Source: an uncultured Gammaproteobacteria bacterium (GTDB lineage Bacteria; Patescibacteriota; Patescibacteriia; Magasanikbacterales; UBA922). Taken from it: 35,536 nucleotides of DNA. Shown here one piece after another: positions 18,516 through 26,665 of the stretch. The position numbers and the translations under genes are program-made. Below the pieces are notes generated by a model that worked only from the letters and a program-made list of their open reading frames with translations, was not told the origin of the DNA and made no database searches. Position 1 is the stretch's first letter. Each line of letters begins with the position of its first letter. The DNA lies in contig CAZCAB010000001.1 in assembly GCA_964496615.1 (NCBI GenBank), forward strand, positions 1-35,536, written 5' to 3'.

Positions 18516-18523
18516 ACACCACA

Positions 18524-18551
18524 ATTATACTTAAATAAGCGAAAAAATCAA
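18524..18551 (-). promoter_or_regulatory. miaB promoter, with leaderless geometry
   Basis: TTGATT-N16-TATAAT; ATG 18515 lies 8 nt after the -10 and there is no SD. Confidence 0.5.
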
Positions 18552-18559
18552 GTGTTTAC

Positions 18560-18588
18560 TTGACAAAACTCCTTTTTTCTGCTATACT
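18560..18588 (+). promoter_or_regulatory. Consensus promoter for the plus-strand two-gene unit
   Basis: TTGACA-N17-TATACT. Confidence 0.6.
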
Positions 18589-18607
18589 ATGTTGTATAGT
18601 ATTAAAA

Positions 18608-18637
18608 GTACGGCGAGGATGCCGTGCTTTTTATTTC
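18608..18637. other. Terminator-like hairpin about 13 nt downstream of the predicted TSS (5' stem-loop, attenuator or insulator)
   Basis: GUACGGC-GAGGAU-GCCGUGC (7 bp) followed by UUUUUAUUUCUC. On the other strand it is followed by UUUUAAU. Confidence 0.5.
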
Positions 18638-18661
18638 TCATCAAAATAAACACAAAAACAT

Positions 18662-19858
18662 ATGCCACGCTTCGAAGGAAGACCATTTAATAAAGATAGT
18701 AATGCTGATTTTCCAAGTCAGCCGCATCTTGGTGGTGGTGGAGCTGCAACAGAGAAGCCCAAAAAATTATCGCAACTAGATAATCTAAAAGAAACGGTCC
18801 AAGATAACATGGCAATTGATGCTGCAGCCCGTGAAGTGCGCACTGCCGGTATTGCTGAGAGCATGAAACTTGACCGCCCAGAGCCTGTTGACATGACCGA
18901 CGAAGCTGAGCTTATCGAGCCTCCTGCGTTTAACCCGCCTTACCCGACATTTAAGGAGCGTCGCAGCGCTAGTCTCGAAAAAAAGGCCGTTGACATGACC
19001 GACGAAGCTGAGCTTATCGAACCACCTGCGTTTGATAATAAAAAAATCCTTGCGGCAAGATTGAAAGACGTTCAAGCACAGGCACAAGCAAAAAAAGAGC
19101 AGCAAAATCTTGCTGCTGCTTTTAATCCTGAAAAGCAACCACTTCGTCCAGTTATTGTAAATCCTTCTGCAAGACGCGACCGTACCGTGCGTACAGGTGG
19201 TCCAGTTGAAATTGCCCCGCCACAGTCAGTAGACCAGCTGGAACAGCACTTCATGGCAGCTGGCGACCAAATCGATACCAAAAACAAGGAAGCATGGCAA
19301 GGTGCTGACGGTATTATTCATGAAATTGGAAACAAATTTGGCATCAAACTCGATGCCGCGGGAAATCCTCTTGGTTTGAAATCAAAACTGAAGATGAAAC
19401 TTCAAAAGAAAAATCCTGAACTTCAAAACATGCTTATCTCTCTTCAAGAAGCGCTCAATCCGGGAACCGAAAGTACTGGAGAAATTCTTCCTGCGACTCC
19501 AGGAGAACCAGCCCCAAATCCTGTTAGACGTGTCGCAAGGCAGGAAATCCCATCGGGATACGCTATTGCGCCGTCAAACAGAACTGGTGAAACCCTCTCA
19601 ACACAGACTTCAGATCTTGGTCTGACAGTTGATCCTGTATCCGGTGAGAAAACACTCCAACATCTGATGAATGAAGCTGGTGCTGCGCCTGCAGATAACC
19701 CATCCCCTTCTCTGAGCGCTGAAACGCAAGCGACAATGCCTACTTTTGACGAAAATCAAATAAAGACTGAACCAGTAATGCCAGCACTTCCGCCACAAGA
19801 AGAAGTGCACACAGAACCAAACCTACCTGCATTTGCTAAAGATAAACAGGTAGCATAA
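18662..19858 (+). CDS. Hypothetical Pro/Ala/Glu-rich, probably disordered protein with an internal 34-aa-period repeat
   Basis: 398-aa ORF. VDMTDEAELIEPPAF occurs twice. No SD and no recognised family. Confidence 0.6.
   Translation: MPRFEGRPFNKDSNADFPSQPHLGGGGAATEKPKKLSQLDNLKETVQDNMAIDAAAREVRTAGIAESMKLDRPEPVDMTDEAELIEPPAFNPPYPTFKERRSASLEKKAVDMTDEAELIEPPAFDNKKILAARLKDVQAQAQAKKEQQNLAAAFNPEKQPLRPVIVNPSARRDRTVRTGGPVEIAPPQSVDQLEQHFMAAGDQIDTKNKEAWQGADGIIHEIGNKFGIKLDAAGNPLGLKSKLKMKLQKKNPELQNMLISLQEALNPGTESTGEILPATPGEPAPNPVRRVARQEIPSGYAIAPSNRTGETLSTQTSDLGLTVDPVSGEKTLQHLMNEAGAAPADNPSPSLSAETQATMPTFDENQIKTEPVMPALPPQEEVHTEPNLPAFAKDKQVA
18887..19033 (+). repeat. Two copies of a 45-nt direct repeat, 102 nt apart, inside the 398-aa ORF
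   Basis: 18887-18931 and 18989-19033 (gttgacatgaccgacgaagctgagcttatcga.cc.cctgcgttt) differ at 3 positions. Confidence 0.85.
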
Positions 19859-19877
19859 CAAATTCATACCACGAAAT

Positions 19878-20261
19878 ATGGACCCACGATTCGCAGAAAT
19901 GACTCCAGAACAAAGACAGGCAATCCTTGGTGTTGCTGATACAGAGCCGAACATTCCTGCCATCTCAGGAGAAGATACACGCGTCGACGATGCAGTTGAC
20001 CTTACGTCTGAAGCAATACCACTGGATGTCCAACACGGCCCCCCTCCTGAACCAAGCGTTGCAGAGCTTGCGGCACGCACCCCGGTCACCGGACCTGCTG
20101 AGGGCGACGCAGAGCCTGAAGCAGGAACATCTCTATACATCGGAGAAGGTGATGAGGAAGGTGTCATTGCAAGTATACCGCCAGCTGAAAACTTTGATTC
20201 ACTTGGGCAAACGATTGATACCATGCCGGTTGTGGATGTACCACCAGAACAAAGAAATTAA
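19878..20261 (+). CDS. Hypothetical acidic, probably disordered protein
   Basis: 127 aa. G at codon position 1 is about 48% by hand count, which is coding-like. AVDLTSEAIPLD resembles the repeat motif of the upstream protein. Followed by a terminator. Confidence 0.55.
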   Translation: MDPRFAEMTPEQRQAILGVADTEPNIPAISGEDTRVDDAVDLTSEAIPLDVQHGPPPEPSVAELAARTPVTGPAEGDAEPEAGTSLYIGEGDEEGVIASIPPAENFDSLGQTIDTMPVVDVPPEQRN

Positions 20262-20262
20262 C

Positions 20263-20294
20263 AAAAAAACAGCCCTTAGGGCTGTTTTTTATTT
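20263..20294. terminator. Bidirectional terminator between the convergent 127-aa gene and thrS
   Basis: AACAGCCC-tta-GGGCTGTT flanked by A7 and T6. Confidence 0.8.
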
Positions 20295-22048
20295 TAGCTC
20301 AGCGTGCGATCCTGCACCTCTTTTTTAAGTCGCGTCATAAAGGCATCTTTACTCATTACTTCCTGCTCTTCCTGACCACGAATTCTGATGGTCCACTCCC
20401 CCTCATCAAGCTCTCGATCACCAACAACGACAATATACGGAATTTTCTGCTTTACTGCCTTTCTAATTTTATTCCCCACAGTCTCGTCAGCACTATCAAT
20501 CTGAACTCGAAATCCCTTTTCAAAAAACTCGTCACTCAACTTCTTAGTCCCCTCAATGTGTTTCTCTGAAACCGGCACGAACTGCACTTGAACGGGAGAG
20601 AGCCAAACAGGAAATACACCGGCGGTATGTTCGATATATACTGACAAAAAACGTTCAATCGATCCCATTAACGCAAAATGGACCATAACAGGAGTTTTGT
20701 CTTGCCCGTCAGAATCAGTATATGTAAGACCAAATCGCTTCGGTTGAACAAAATCAAGTTGCGGCGTCGCAACCTGCCATTCTCTACCAATCGCATCAAC
20801 AGCCATGAAATCAATCTTAGGCCCATAGAATGCTGCCTCACCCTCTACTTCATAATAATCAAGCTCATGTGCTTTAGCGATTTTGAGCAAGATGGATTCT
20901 GCCTGATCCCAAAGTGCTGGTTCGCCAAGATATTTCTCAGGCTCATTTGGATCACGATATGATAATCGAGCCTTCAGCGGCATGTTAAGGGTTCCATAAA
21001 AAGCTTTGACTGTTTGTATAAGGTCGCTATATACTTCTTCGATCTGTTCAGGAGTGCAAAACGTGTGACCGTCATCTTGCGTAATACACCGAACTCGAGA
21101 AAGCCCAAGAAGCTCCCCCGCTTTCTCATCTCGATACACGGTCGTAGTCTCCATGAAACGAATCGGGAGATTGCGATAACTGCGAGGCTTTGACGCATAT
21201 ATCTGCTGATGATGCGGACAATTCATCGGCTTCATAACAAGCTCATCGCTTGTTTCCTGACTCTCGACGAGAAAAAGTTCATCCCCAAACTTCGCCCAAT
21301 GTCCGGATGTTTCATACAATTCCTTTTTGGTAATATGCGGAATCCATACTTTTTGATACCCGAGTTTGGTTCGCAGCTGCTCAGAATACTTCGTCAACTC
21401 TTCTCTCAAAACAGTTCCTTTTGGTGTAAAGAGTGGAAGTCCAGAACCAACAAGTTCAGAAAAGGTAAACAGATCAAACTCTTTGCCCAATTTTCGATGG
21501 TCTCTTTTTTTGGCTTCTTCAAGCATGTGCAGATGAGCTTTAAGCTGCTGCTTCGTAGAAAATAAAAGACCATAGATGCGGGTAAGCATGGGATTGTTCT
21601 CATTTCCTCGCCAATATGCTCCGGCAACTTTATGCAATTTTAATCCTTGTGTTGGAATCTCCGAGGTATTCTCAACATGTCCTCCTCGACACAGATCTTT
21701 AAACGGACCAGACTCATATATGGTCAAATCTTTTCCATCAGATGAAAACTCATCAATCAGCTCCAGTTTAAACGGCTGATCTTTTTCTTCTTCTTTTGCT
21801 TCTTGCGCAGTAACGGATCTACCGGAAAAATCATGATTACCCTTAATAATCTCTTTCATCTTCTGCTCAATTGATTTCAGGTCTTTTTCTGAAATACTGA
21901 CCCCATCTTCAAACAAAAAATCATAATAAAACCCATAATCAATGGTCGGTCCAATACCCAGCTTGGTACCAGGGTACAATTCCAAAATTGCTGCAGCGAG
22001 CATATGCGCAGCTGAATGACGAATGTCATCTAACTTGTCTTTATCCAT
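20294..22048 (-). CDS. thrS: Threonine--tRNA ligase lacking the N-terminal TGS domain
   Basis: 584 aa, starting at the editing-domain HxxxH (RHSAAHMLAAA). Class II motif 2 region is TTVYRDEKAGELLGLSRVRCITQDDGHTFC. Confidence 0.97.
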   Translation of the reverse strand: MDKDKLDDIRHSAAHMLAAAILELYPGTKLGIGPTIDYGFYYDFLFEDGVSISEKDLKSIEQKMKEIIKGNHDFSGRSVTAQEAKEEEKDQPFKLELIDEFSSDGKDLTIYESGPFKDLCRGGHVENTSEIPTQGLKLHKVAGAYWRGNENNPMLTRIYGLLFSTKQQLKAHLHMLEEAKKRDHRKLGKEFDLFTFSELVGSGLPLFTPKGTVLREELTKYSEQLRTKLGYQKVWIPHITKKELYETSGHWAKFGDELFLVESQETSDELVMKPMNCPHHQQIYASKPRSYRNLPIRFMETTTVYRDEKAGELLGLSRVRCITQDDGHTFCTPEQIEEVYSDLIQTVKAFYGTLNMPLKARLSYRDPNEPEKYLGEPALWDQAESILLKIAKAHELDYYEVEGEAAFYGPKIDFMAVDAIGREWQVATPQLDFVQPKRFGLTYTDSDGQDKTPVMVHFALMGSIERFLSVYIEHTAGVFPVWLSPVQVQFVPVSEKHIEGTKKLSDEFFEKGFRVQIDSADETVGNKIRKAVKQKIPYIVVVGDRELDEGEWTIRIRGQEEQEVMSKDAFMTRLKKEVQDRTLS

Positions 22049-22051
22049 ATA

Positions 22052-22296
22052 TATTAATTAAACCCCGATACAAGAAAACCATATTGATTTGCTTGTATCG
22101 GGGTCCTGATATTCAAGACGGTTCCACCCGACTATTTTCTTTGCTAATTGTCATGCTCCAAGAGTCGGTACCATGCAGGTTTTTCCCAAAGAAGGTTTCC
22201 AGTCACGACCTTCTCTCCCTGGTGGGTCATCCCCTGCTGGGCTAGCTCTTGTCCAAACGCATGTAGTAGGCTACATCACTCAAACTCTTCTGTCAA
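22052..22296 (-). promoter_or_regulatory. T-box-like leader (promoter, stem I region, T-box sequence, terminator/antiterminator) upstream of thrS
   Basis: Promoter TTGACA-N17-TAGCCT (22268-22296). T-box motif GGGUGGAACCG (22119-22129) against consensus GGGUGGUACCG. 12-bp terminator CCCCGATACAAG/CTTGTATCGGGG (22063-22103) plus UUUAAUUA. UCGGG of the T-box can pair with CCCGA of the terminator 5' arm. ACC codons are present in the stem I region. Confidence 0.65.
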
Positions 22297-22300
22297 GGTA

Positions 22301-23446
22301 CTACTCAACTTGCCGAACAACAACAGTAATATGATCTGGTGTGTGCGGGACTGATCTATTCCATACCGGCCTAAAATTGACCTTCATTCCCTGCACATGA
22401 TCAAGTGACATCACATACCTTCGCACTTCGTCTTCTGTTTTCCCAAAAAACATTTTCTTTTCAAGGCCGGCACTATTTGCGTCAAGATTCACCCGCCCAC
22501 TATGTGCAACATTGAGTGTTGCACTTCCTGCGTCCAAGTTGTGATCTCCGACGATTACGGACATTTCGCTTGAAACTGATTGGAGCTGTTCCGAATCATC
22601 AACGACCTGCTTTTCAAGCATTGAACGCGCGTACTTTTCAAGCGATGTTTTGTCATAGAAGACACCAACAACGCGCACGCTCCCACTCAGATCAAAAGAG
22701 TCGACTTCTTCACCAAGTGTTGCTTGAGTTTGCAATCGTGCATCAGACGCGCTATATACACCAACCATACCATCATGTGAATCCTGTAATGCTTCCTGCG
22801 CTTTTTCAATTGCCTGCTCGATTGCAAGCTGTTCTGCACGTGTTAAGTCTGACTGCGAAAGAACACCAACTTCCACAATTCCACCACTGGTCGGTTCTTC
22901 ACTTCTGCCATAAATGACTTGCTGTCTTGCGGGATTCAGTCCGGGGATGCTAAATTCACTCGGACCAATGTTTCCTTGAGATCCTTTTTCATCAGCATAC
23001 ATGCGCGCTTGGACAGAATCATTTGCAGGAACAATGATACCTTCTGACAGTCGAAAGAGCACTCCATCTCCAGTCAGAAGACGGGTTGTTTTGACAAGTG
23101 GCTGCTCTCGACTACTCTCATTGTATATTGTTACCTTGCCCACGGCCTGCGCTTCTTCCTTCTTGTTCCCGTCAGGATGAAAGGTTTCATCTATTGAAAT
23201 TGACACGCTATCAACTGATCCAAGTACTGCATACTTTGACTCATCAGGTCCAACATCAACACTAAACGCCGCTTCAATAGGTTCTGAGCTTGTCGTTATG
23301 ATTATCTCAGCGCGCTTTGAAGACATGAAAAGAATAATCCCAAAAAGCACGACGGTAATCAAAAGGAACGTTAAAGCAACGAATTTGTAAAATCGAACTG
23401 GCTGTTTAATCGATGTATGACGTGCTGGTTTTCGTCGTGCGGGCAT
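22301..23446 (-). CDS. Hypothetical protein with an N-terminal TM anchor, downstream of pilB
   Basis: 381-aa ORF with FVALTFLLITVVLFGIILF and a basic N-terminus. No family recognised. Confidence 0.6.
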   Translation of the reverse strand: MPARRKPARHTSIKQPVRFYKFVALTFLLITVVLFGIILFMSSKRAEIIITTSSEPIEAAFSVDVGPDESKYAVLGSVDSVSISIDETFHPDGNKKEEAQAVGKVTIYNESSREQPLVKTTRLLTGDGVLFRLSEGIIVPANDSVQARMYADEKGSQGNIGPSEFSIPGLNPARQQVIYGRSEEPTSGGIVEVGVLSQSDLTRAEQLAIEQAIEKAQEALQDSHDGMVGVYSASDARLQTQATLGEEVDSFDLSGSVRVVGVFYDKTSLEKYARSMLEKQVVDDSEQLQSVSSEMSVIVGDHNLDAGSATLNVAHSGRVNLDANSAGLEKKMFFGKTEDEVRRYVMSLDHVQGMKVNFRPVWNRSVPHTPDHITVVVRQVE

Positions 23447-23449
23447 ACA

Positions 23450-25189
23450 CTATTCTATGACACGATAAACTTCATCAAGTGAAGTAATTCCTTGGTGCGC
23501 TTTGATAATACCATCTTGCACCATACTGATCATTCCATTTTTCTGGGCAAAAGCTTCAATTTCATACTCTGAGCTTTGTCCGTTCTGAATGAGCTGTTGC
23601 ATCTGATCATCAACGGCAAAAATTTCATAGAGCCCCACTCTCCCCTTAAAACTCAAACCATTATTTACCTCACACTCAGCAGCGGGTGCTTTAAATTTCA
23701 TGCCACTATCCACTATAGCCTGTTTGTATTCTTCAGGCAAGCGGTCAATCTGAGCCTTAATTTCCTCCTGAGGAACCCCATCTCCGATCTGTTCAAGTGT
23801 TGTATCCGTTGCACACTCAGGGAAAAGTCGACGTGCTAGACGCTGTCCGATGATACAATTAAGTGCAGGAGCGAGTAAAAACGGCTTTACGCCCATTGAA
23901 AGAAAACGAGGAATCGCGCCAGAAGCACTATTTGTGTGAATCGTCGAAAGAACCAAGTGACCGGTAAGTGCTGCTTGTATGGCGATCTCCGCTGTTTCAA
24001 GATCTCTAATCTCTCCAACCATGACGATATCAGGATCTTGTCTTAAGATGGAGCGAAGACCTTTTGCAAAGGTATACCCTTTCGAGTGATCAATCGCACT
24101 TTGATTTACTCCTTCCAAACGATATTCCACAGGGTCTTCCAATGTGATAATTTTAACCCCAGGCTTGTTAAGCGCCTTGAGTATTGCGTACAGCGTTGTC
24201 GTCTTACCACTCCCGGTTGGGCCGGTTGTAATAATCATGCCGTTGGGACGAGAAATCTCACGCTTGAGTATTGAGAGTGGACCATCAAGAAATCCGAGCT
24301 TATCTATCACAACACCTTCTTGGCTTTGTCTGAGAAGGCGCATGACCACACTCTCACCATACACTGTTGGCATGGTTGAAACACGGACATCCACATCACC
24401 ATCAGGAAGTTTAATGGTAAAACGTCCATCTTGTGGTTTGTTTGTAATATTAATTTTTATTGATGAAAGAAGCTTAATACGCGACACAATCATCTTGAAT
24501 GCTTCTTTTGGAAGTTGAGCGACATCGTGCAAAATACCATCAATACGATATCTCACGACAATCTGTTTTTCCTCAGCCTCAACGTGCACATCTGACGCAT
24601 CAACTTTAAAAGCTGCGCCCATCAGCACAGTAACCAGATCAGTGGTTGTCCCTGAATCAAACAATGATTGAAGAGATTTCAAATCCGTGACAGACGCTTG
24701 CACCTTTTGCAAATCTTCTGCACTGACCTGTATATTTTTTTCGATCGCTTTAATCTTCGGCAGTGTTGCGTACAGCTTCAAAACACGTTTCAAGCTATGC
24801 TCTGAGATAAGGTAGATAGCAACATGAGCACGCGTTCGTTGTTCTAAATCACCAACTAGTTTTCTGACTTCATCAGTATCAGGATCTACGGCACCAATGC
24901 GAAGTTCGTCCTGGGTTGCATAAAAGCAAACTGCCTTAATCTCTTGAGCCTGCTCTTGTGGAATTTGCTTGAGCGCTTCTTGAGAAATCGGAAACTTTTC
25001 TAAATCAATGTGCGGATGTTTGCGAACTGAAGCACGCCTTTGTGCATCAACTTCCACCTCTTTATGAGAAATTTGTTGCATTTTATGCTCAAATTTCTCC
25101 TGTGTGGTCAACTCAGAAGACGTCTCATCTTGCTCTTGATCATCCTCCTTCTTAAGTAAGTCATCCAAGGACGGAAGATCACCGGGCAT
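23450..25189 (-). CDS. pilB: Type II/IV secretion (type IV pilus assembly) ATPase, GspE/PilB family
   Basis: Walker A GPTGSGKTTTLYA, Walker B/Asp box ILRQDPDIVMVGEIRD, His box LTGHLVLSTIHTN. Confidence 0.9.
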   Translation of the reverse strand: MPGDLPSLDDLLKKEDDQEQDETSSELTTQEKFEHKMQQISHKEVEVDAQRRASVRKHPHIDLEKFPISQEALKQIPQEQAQEIKAVCFYATQDELRIGAVDPDTDEVRKLVGDLEQRTRAHVAIYLISEHSLKRVLKLYATLPKIKAIEKNIQVSAEDLQKVQASVTDLKSLQSLFDSGTTTDLVTVLMGAAFKVDASDVHVEAEEKQIVVRYRIDGILHDVAQLPKEAFKMIVSRIKLLSSIKINITNKPQDGRFTIKLPDGDVDVRVSTMPTVYGESVVMRLLRQSQEGVVIDKLGFLDGPLSILKREISRPNGMIITTGPTGSGKTTTLYAILKALNKPGVKIITLEDPVEYRLEGVNQSAIDHSKGYTFAKGLRSILRQDPDIVMVGEIRDLETAEIAIQAALTGHLVLSTIHTNSASGAIPRFLSMGVKPFLLAPALNCIIGQRLARRLFPECATDTTLEQIGDGVPQEEIKAQIDRLPEEYKQAIVDSGMKFKAPAAECEVNNGLSFKGRVGLYEIFAVDDQMQQLIQNGQSSEYEIEAFAQKNGMISMVQDGIIKAHQGITSLDEVYRVIE

Positions 25190-26156
25190 ACTTTAACCAA
25201 TAGCGTACACGACTACCCACTCCTGTGCCGTGCATCTTCATAAATAGATATGTCCAAACAGAAATAGTAAACACACCAACAATTGCGCCGATCAGAGCGA
25301 TAAGCAAACCAAGACCAAGAAGGCCAGAGGCCACACCAATACCAGCAAGCGCAGAACTTCCCAAAAATTGCGCGATAAACCACATGACAAGTGCCGGTGC
25401 AAAGACAATGTAAATACCCGCTATGACCGCAGCTGCGGCAACAAGATGTATGATAAGCATGATAACACCCATCTCAAGCGATACAAGCGGATGCTTTACA
25501 AATAGCCGCCAAGACTCTTGTATCGCTGCACCAAACGAATAGTTCTCGACAACAACATACCCCGCGGCGTAAATAAGCAGAAAAGAAAGGACTAAGCCAA
25601 CCAAAGCCGCAATAATGAAAATCATGACAAATGCAGCCCGCACTGACGCCTCATTTGAGGCAAACGCGTACAGAGCACTCCAAGCCACCCAGAGCGTCAT
25701 GAAACCCAAGATAAATTTCTTGATGATGTTTAAGCCAAACAATTTCCAAAAGTGTGTTACTCCCTCGTGCCACGATTTATCCATGGGAGGTAGATCGCTT
25801 GATCTTTTTGAGAATTTTGCTGCAGCATGTATAAGTGCACCTTGCGATGCTGTTGAGATAAAAGCAAGTACAAGAAGTGTGCCGAGCAAAAGCGCTATGA
25901 GCCACAAAACGAGCAACACTTGCTCAAAGCCAAATCCTGATAAACCGACCGAGCCACCAGAAAAAACAGAAATAAGATCAAGCCACAAATTTGGAGCAGA
26001 AAACTGAGTCGCTGCTAAAAAAAGCTCGGATACTAAATGAATAATACCCATATGACCAAGCAATGCTGCAAATAGCCCGAGAATCCATAGATTTTTATGG
26101 CGCCACGCAAGCTCCCAACCGAAGCTCAATGCTTGACGATATGTTGGTTCAGACAT
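25179..26156 (-). CDS. Hypothetical polytopic membrane protein
   Basis: 325 aa with at least 6 hydrophobic segments. Overlaps the pilB start by 11 nt. Confidence 0.6.
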   Translation of the reverse strand: MSEPTYRQALSFGWELAWRHKNLWILGLFAALLGHMGIIHLVSELFLAATQFSAPNLWLDLISVFSGGSVGLSGFGFEQVLLVLWLIALLLGTLLVLAFISTASQGALIHAAAKFSKRSSDLPPMDKSWHEGVTHFWKLFGLNIIKKFILGFMTLWVAWSALYAFASNEASVRAAFVMIFIIAALVGLVLSFLLIYAAGYVVVENYSFGAAIQESWRLFVKHPLVSLEMGVIMLIIHLVAAAAVIAGIYIVFAPALVMWFIAQFLGSSALAGIGVASGLLGLGLLIALIGAIVGVFTISVWTYLFMKMHGTGVGSRVRYWLKYAR

Positions 26157-26204
26157 ACAAATTCCTTATATTTAGACGATCTGAGTATACCATATATATA
26201 AGGA

Positions 26205-26230
26205 AGCAAAAACTCCCCTATTAGGGGAGT
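26205..26230 (-). terminator. Intrinsic terminator of the 89-aa cassette
   Basis: ACTCCCCT-aat-AGGGGAGT followed by TTTTTGC on the minus strand. Confidence 0.7.
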
Positions 26231-26288
26231 GAACTATTGGTATTTGGTCCCAGGCACAGCTGATGGGACTATCTGCTGGTCTCTATTC

Positions 26289-26558
26289 TCAATCCAATTG
26301 AGAAGAGAAGAGCAAAGCTACAAGGAGCAGTAGCGCGAGATAGAAAACGAACTCACGAGGAGTCCACTGCATAGCCAACTCAGTTCTCCCAGGAAGACCC
26401 TTTTGTTGGCACCTACCACAAACCCCATCCTTGTGGTGAATCTCATACCACTCTTTCTCGCAATGGATGCACGTCTCCATGCGATCAGCAAAGAGAGCTT
26501 GGCGTTCCCTACCGAGTCGTATGAGTGCTTCATTGATTTCTCTTTCTCGATCAGTCAC
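26289..26558 (-). CDS. Small tail-anchored zinc-ribbon protein (89 aa)
   Basis: SD AGGAGG (26563-26568) lies 4 nt before GTG 26558. CIHC-X14-CGRC motif. C-terminal TM FVFYLALLLLVALLF. Confidence 0.55.
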   Translation of the reverse strand: MTDREREINEALIRLGRERQALFADRMETCIHCEKEWYEIHHKDGVCGRCQQKGLPGRTELAMQWTPREFVFYLALLLLVALLFSSQLD

Positions 26559-26593
26559 GATTCCTCCTAAAAGCTGTGCCCAGGCGTCAACGT

Positions 26594-26622
26594 ACTATAT
26601 GTGAAAAAACTGTATGTGTCAA
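26594..26622 (-). promoter_or_regulatory. Consensus promoter of the 89-aa cassette
   Basis: TTGACA-N17-TATAGT on the minus strand, with a 35-nt leader. Confidence 0.6.
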
Positions 26623-26623
26623 C

Positions 26624-26655
26624 AAAAAACTCCCCCTTTGGGGAGTTTTATTCTT
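26624..26655. terminator. Bidirectional terminator after ftsH
   Basis: AACTCCCC-cttt-GGGGAGTT flanked by A6 and T-rich runs. Confidence 0.75.
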
Positions 26656-26665
26656 CACGTTGGAT

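Noticed and set aside
19823-20328. Alternative ORFs 19823..20224 (minus) and 19927..20328 (plus) overlapping the 127-aa gene
   Set aside because: The 19878..20261 frame has a strong G1/RNY bias, starts 19 nt after the upstream gene, ends before the terminator and shares a motif with its neighbour. The alternatives cross the terminator or lack signals.
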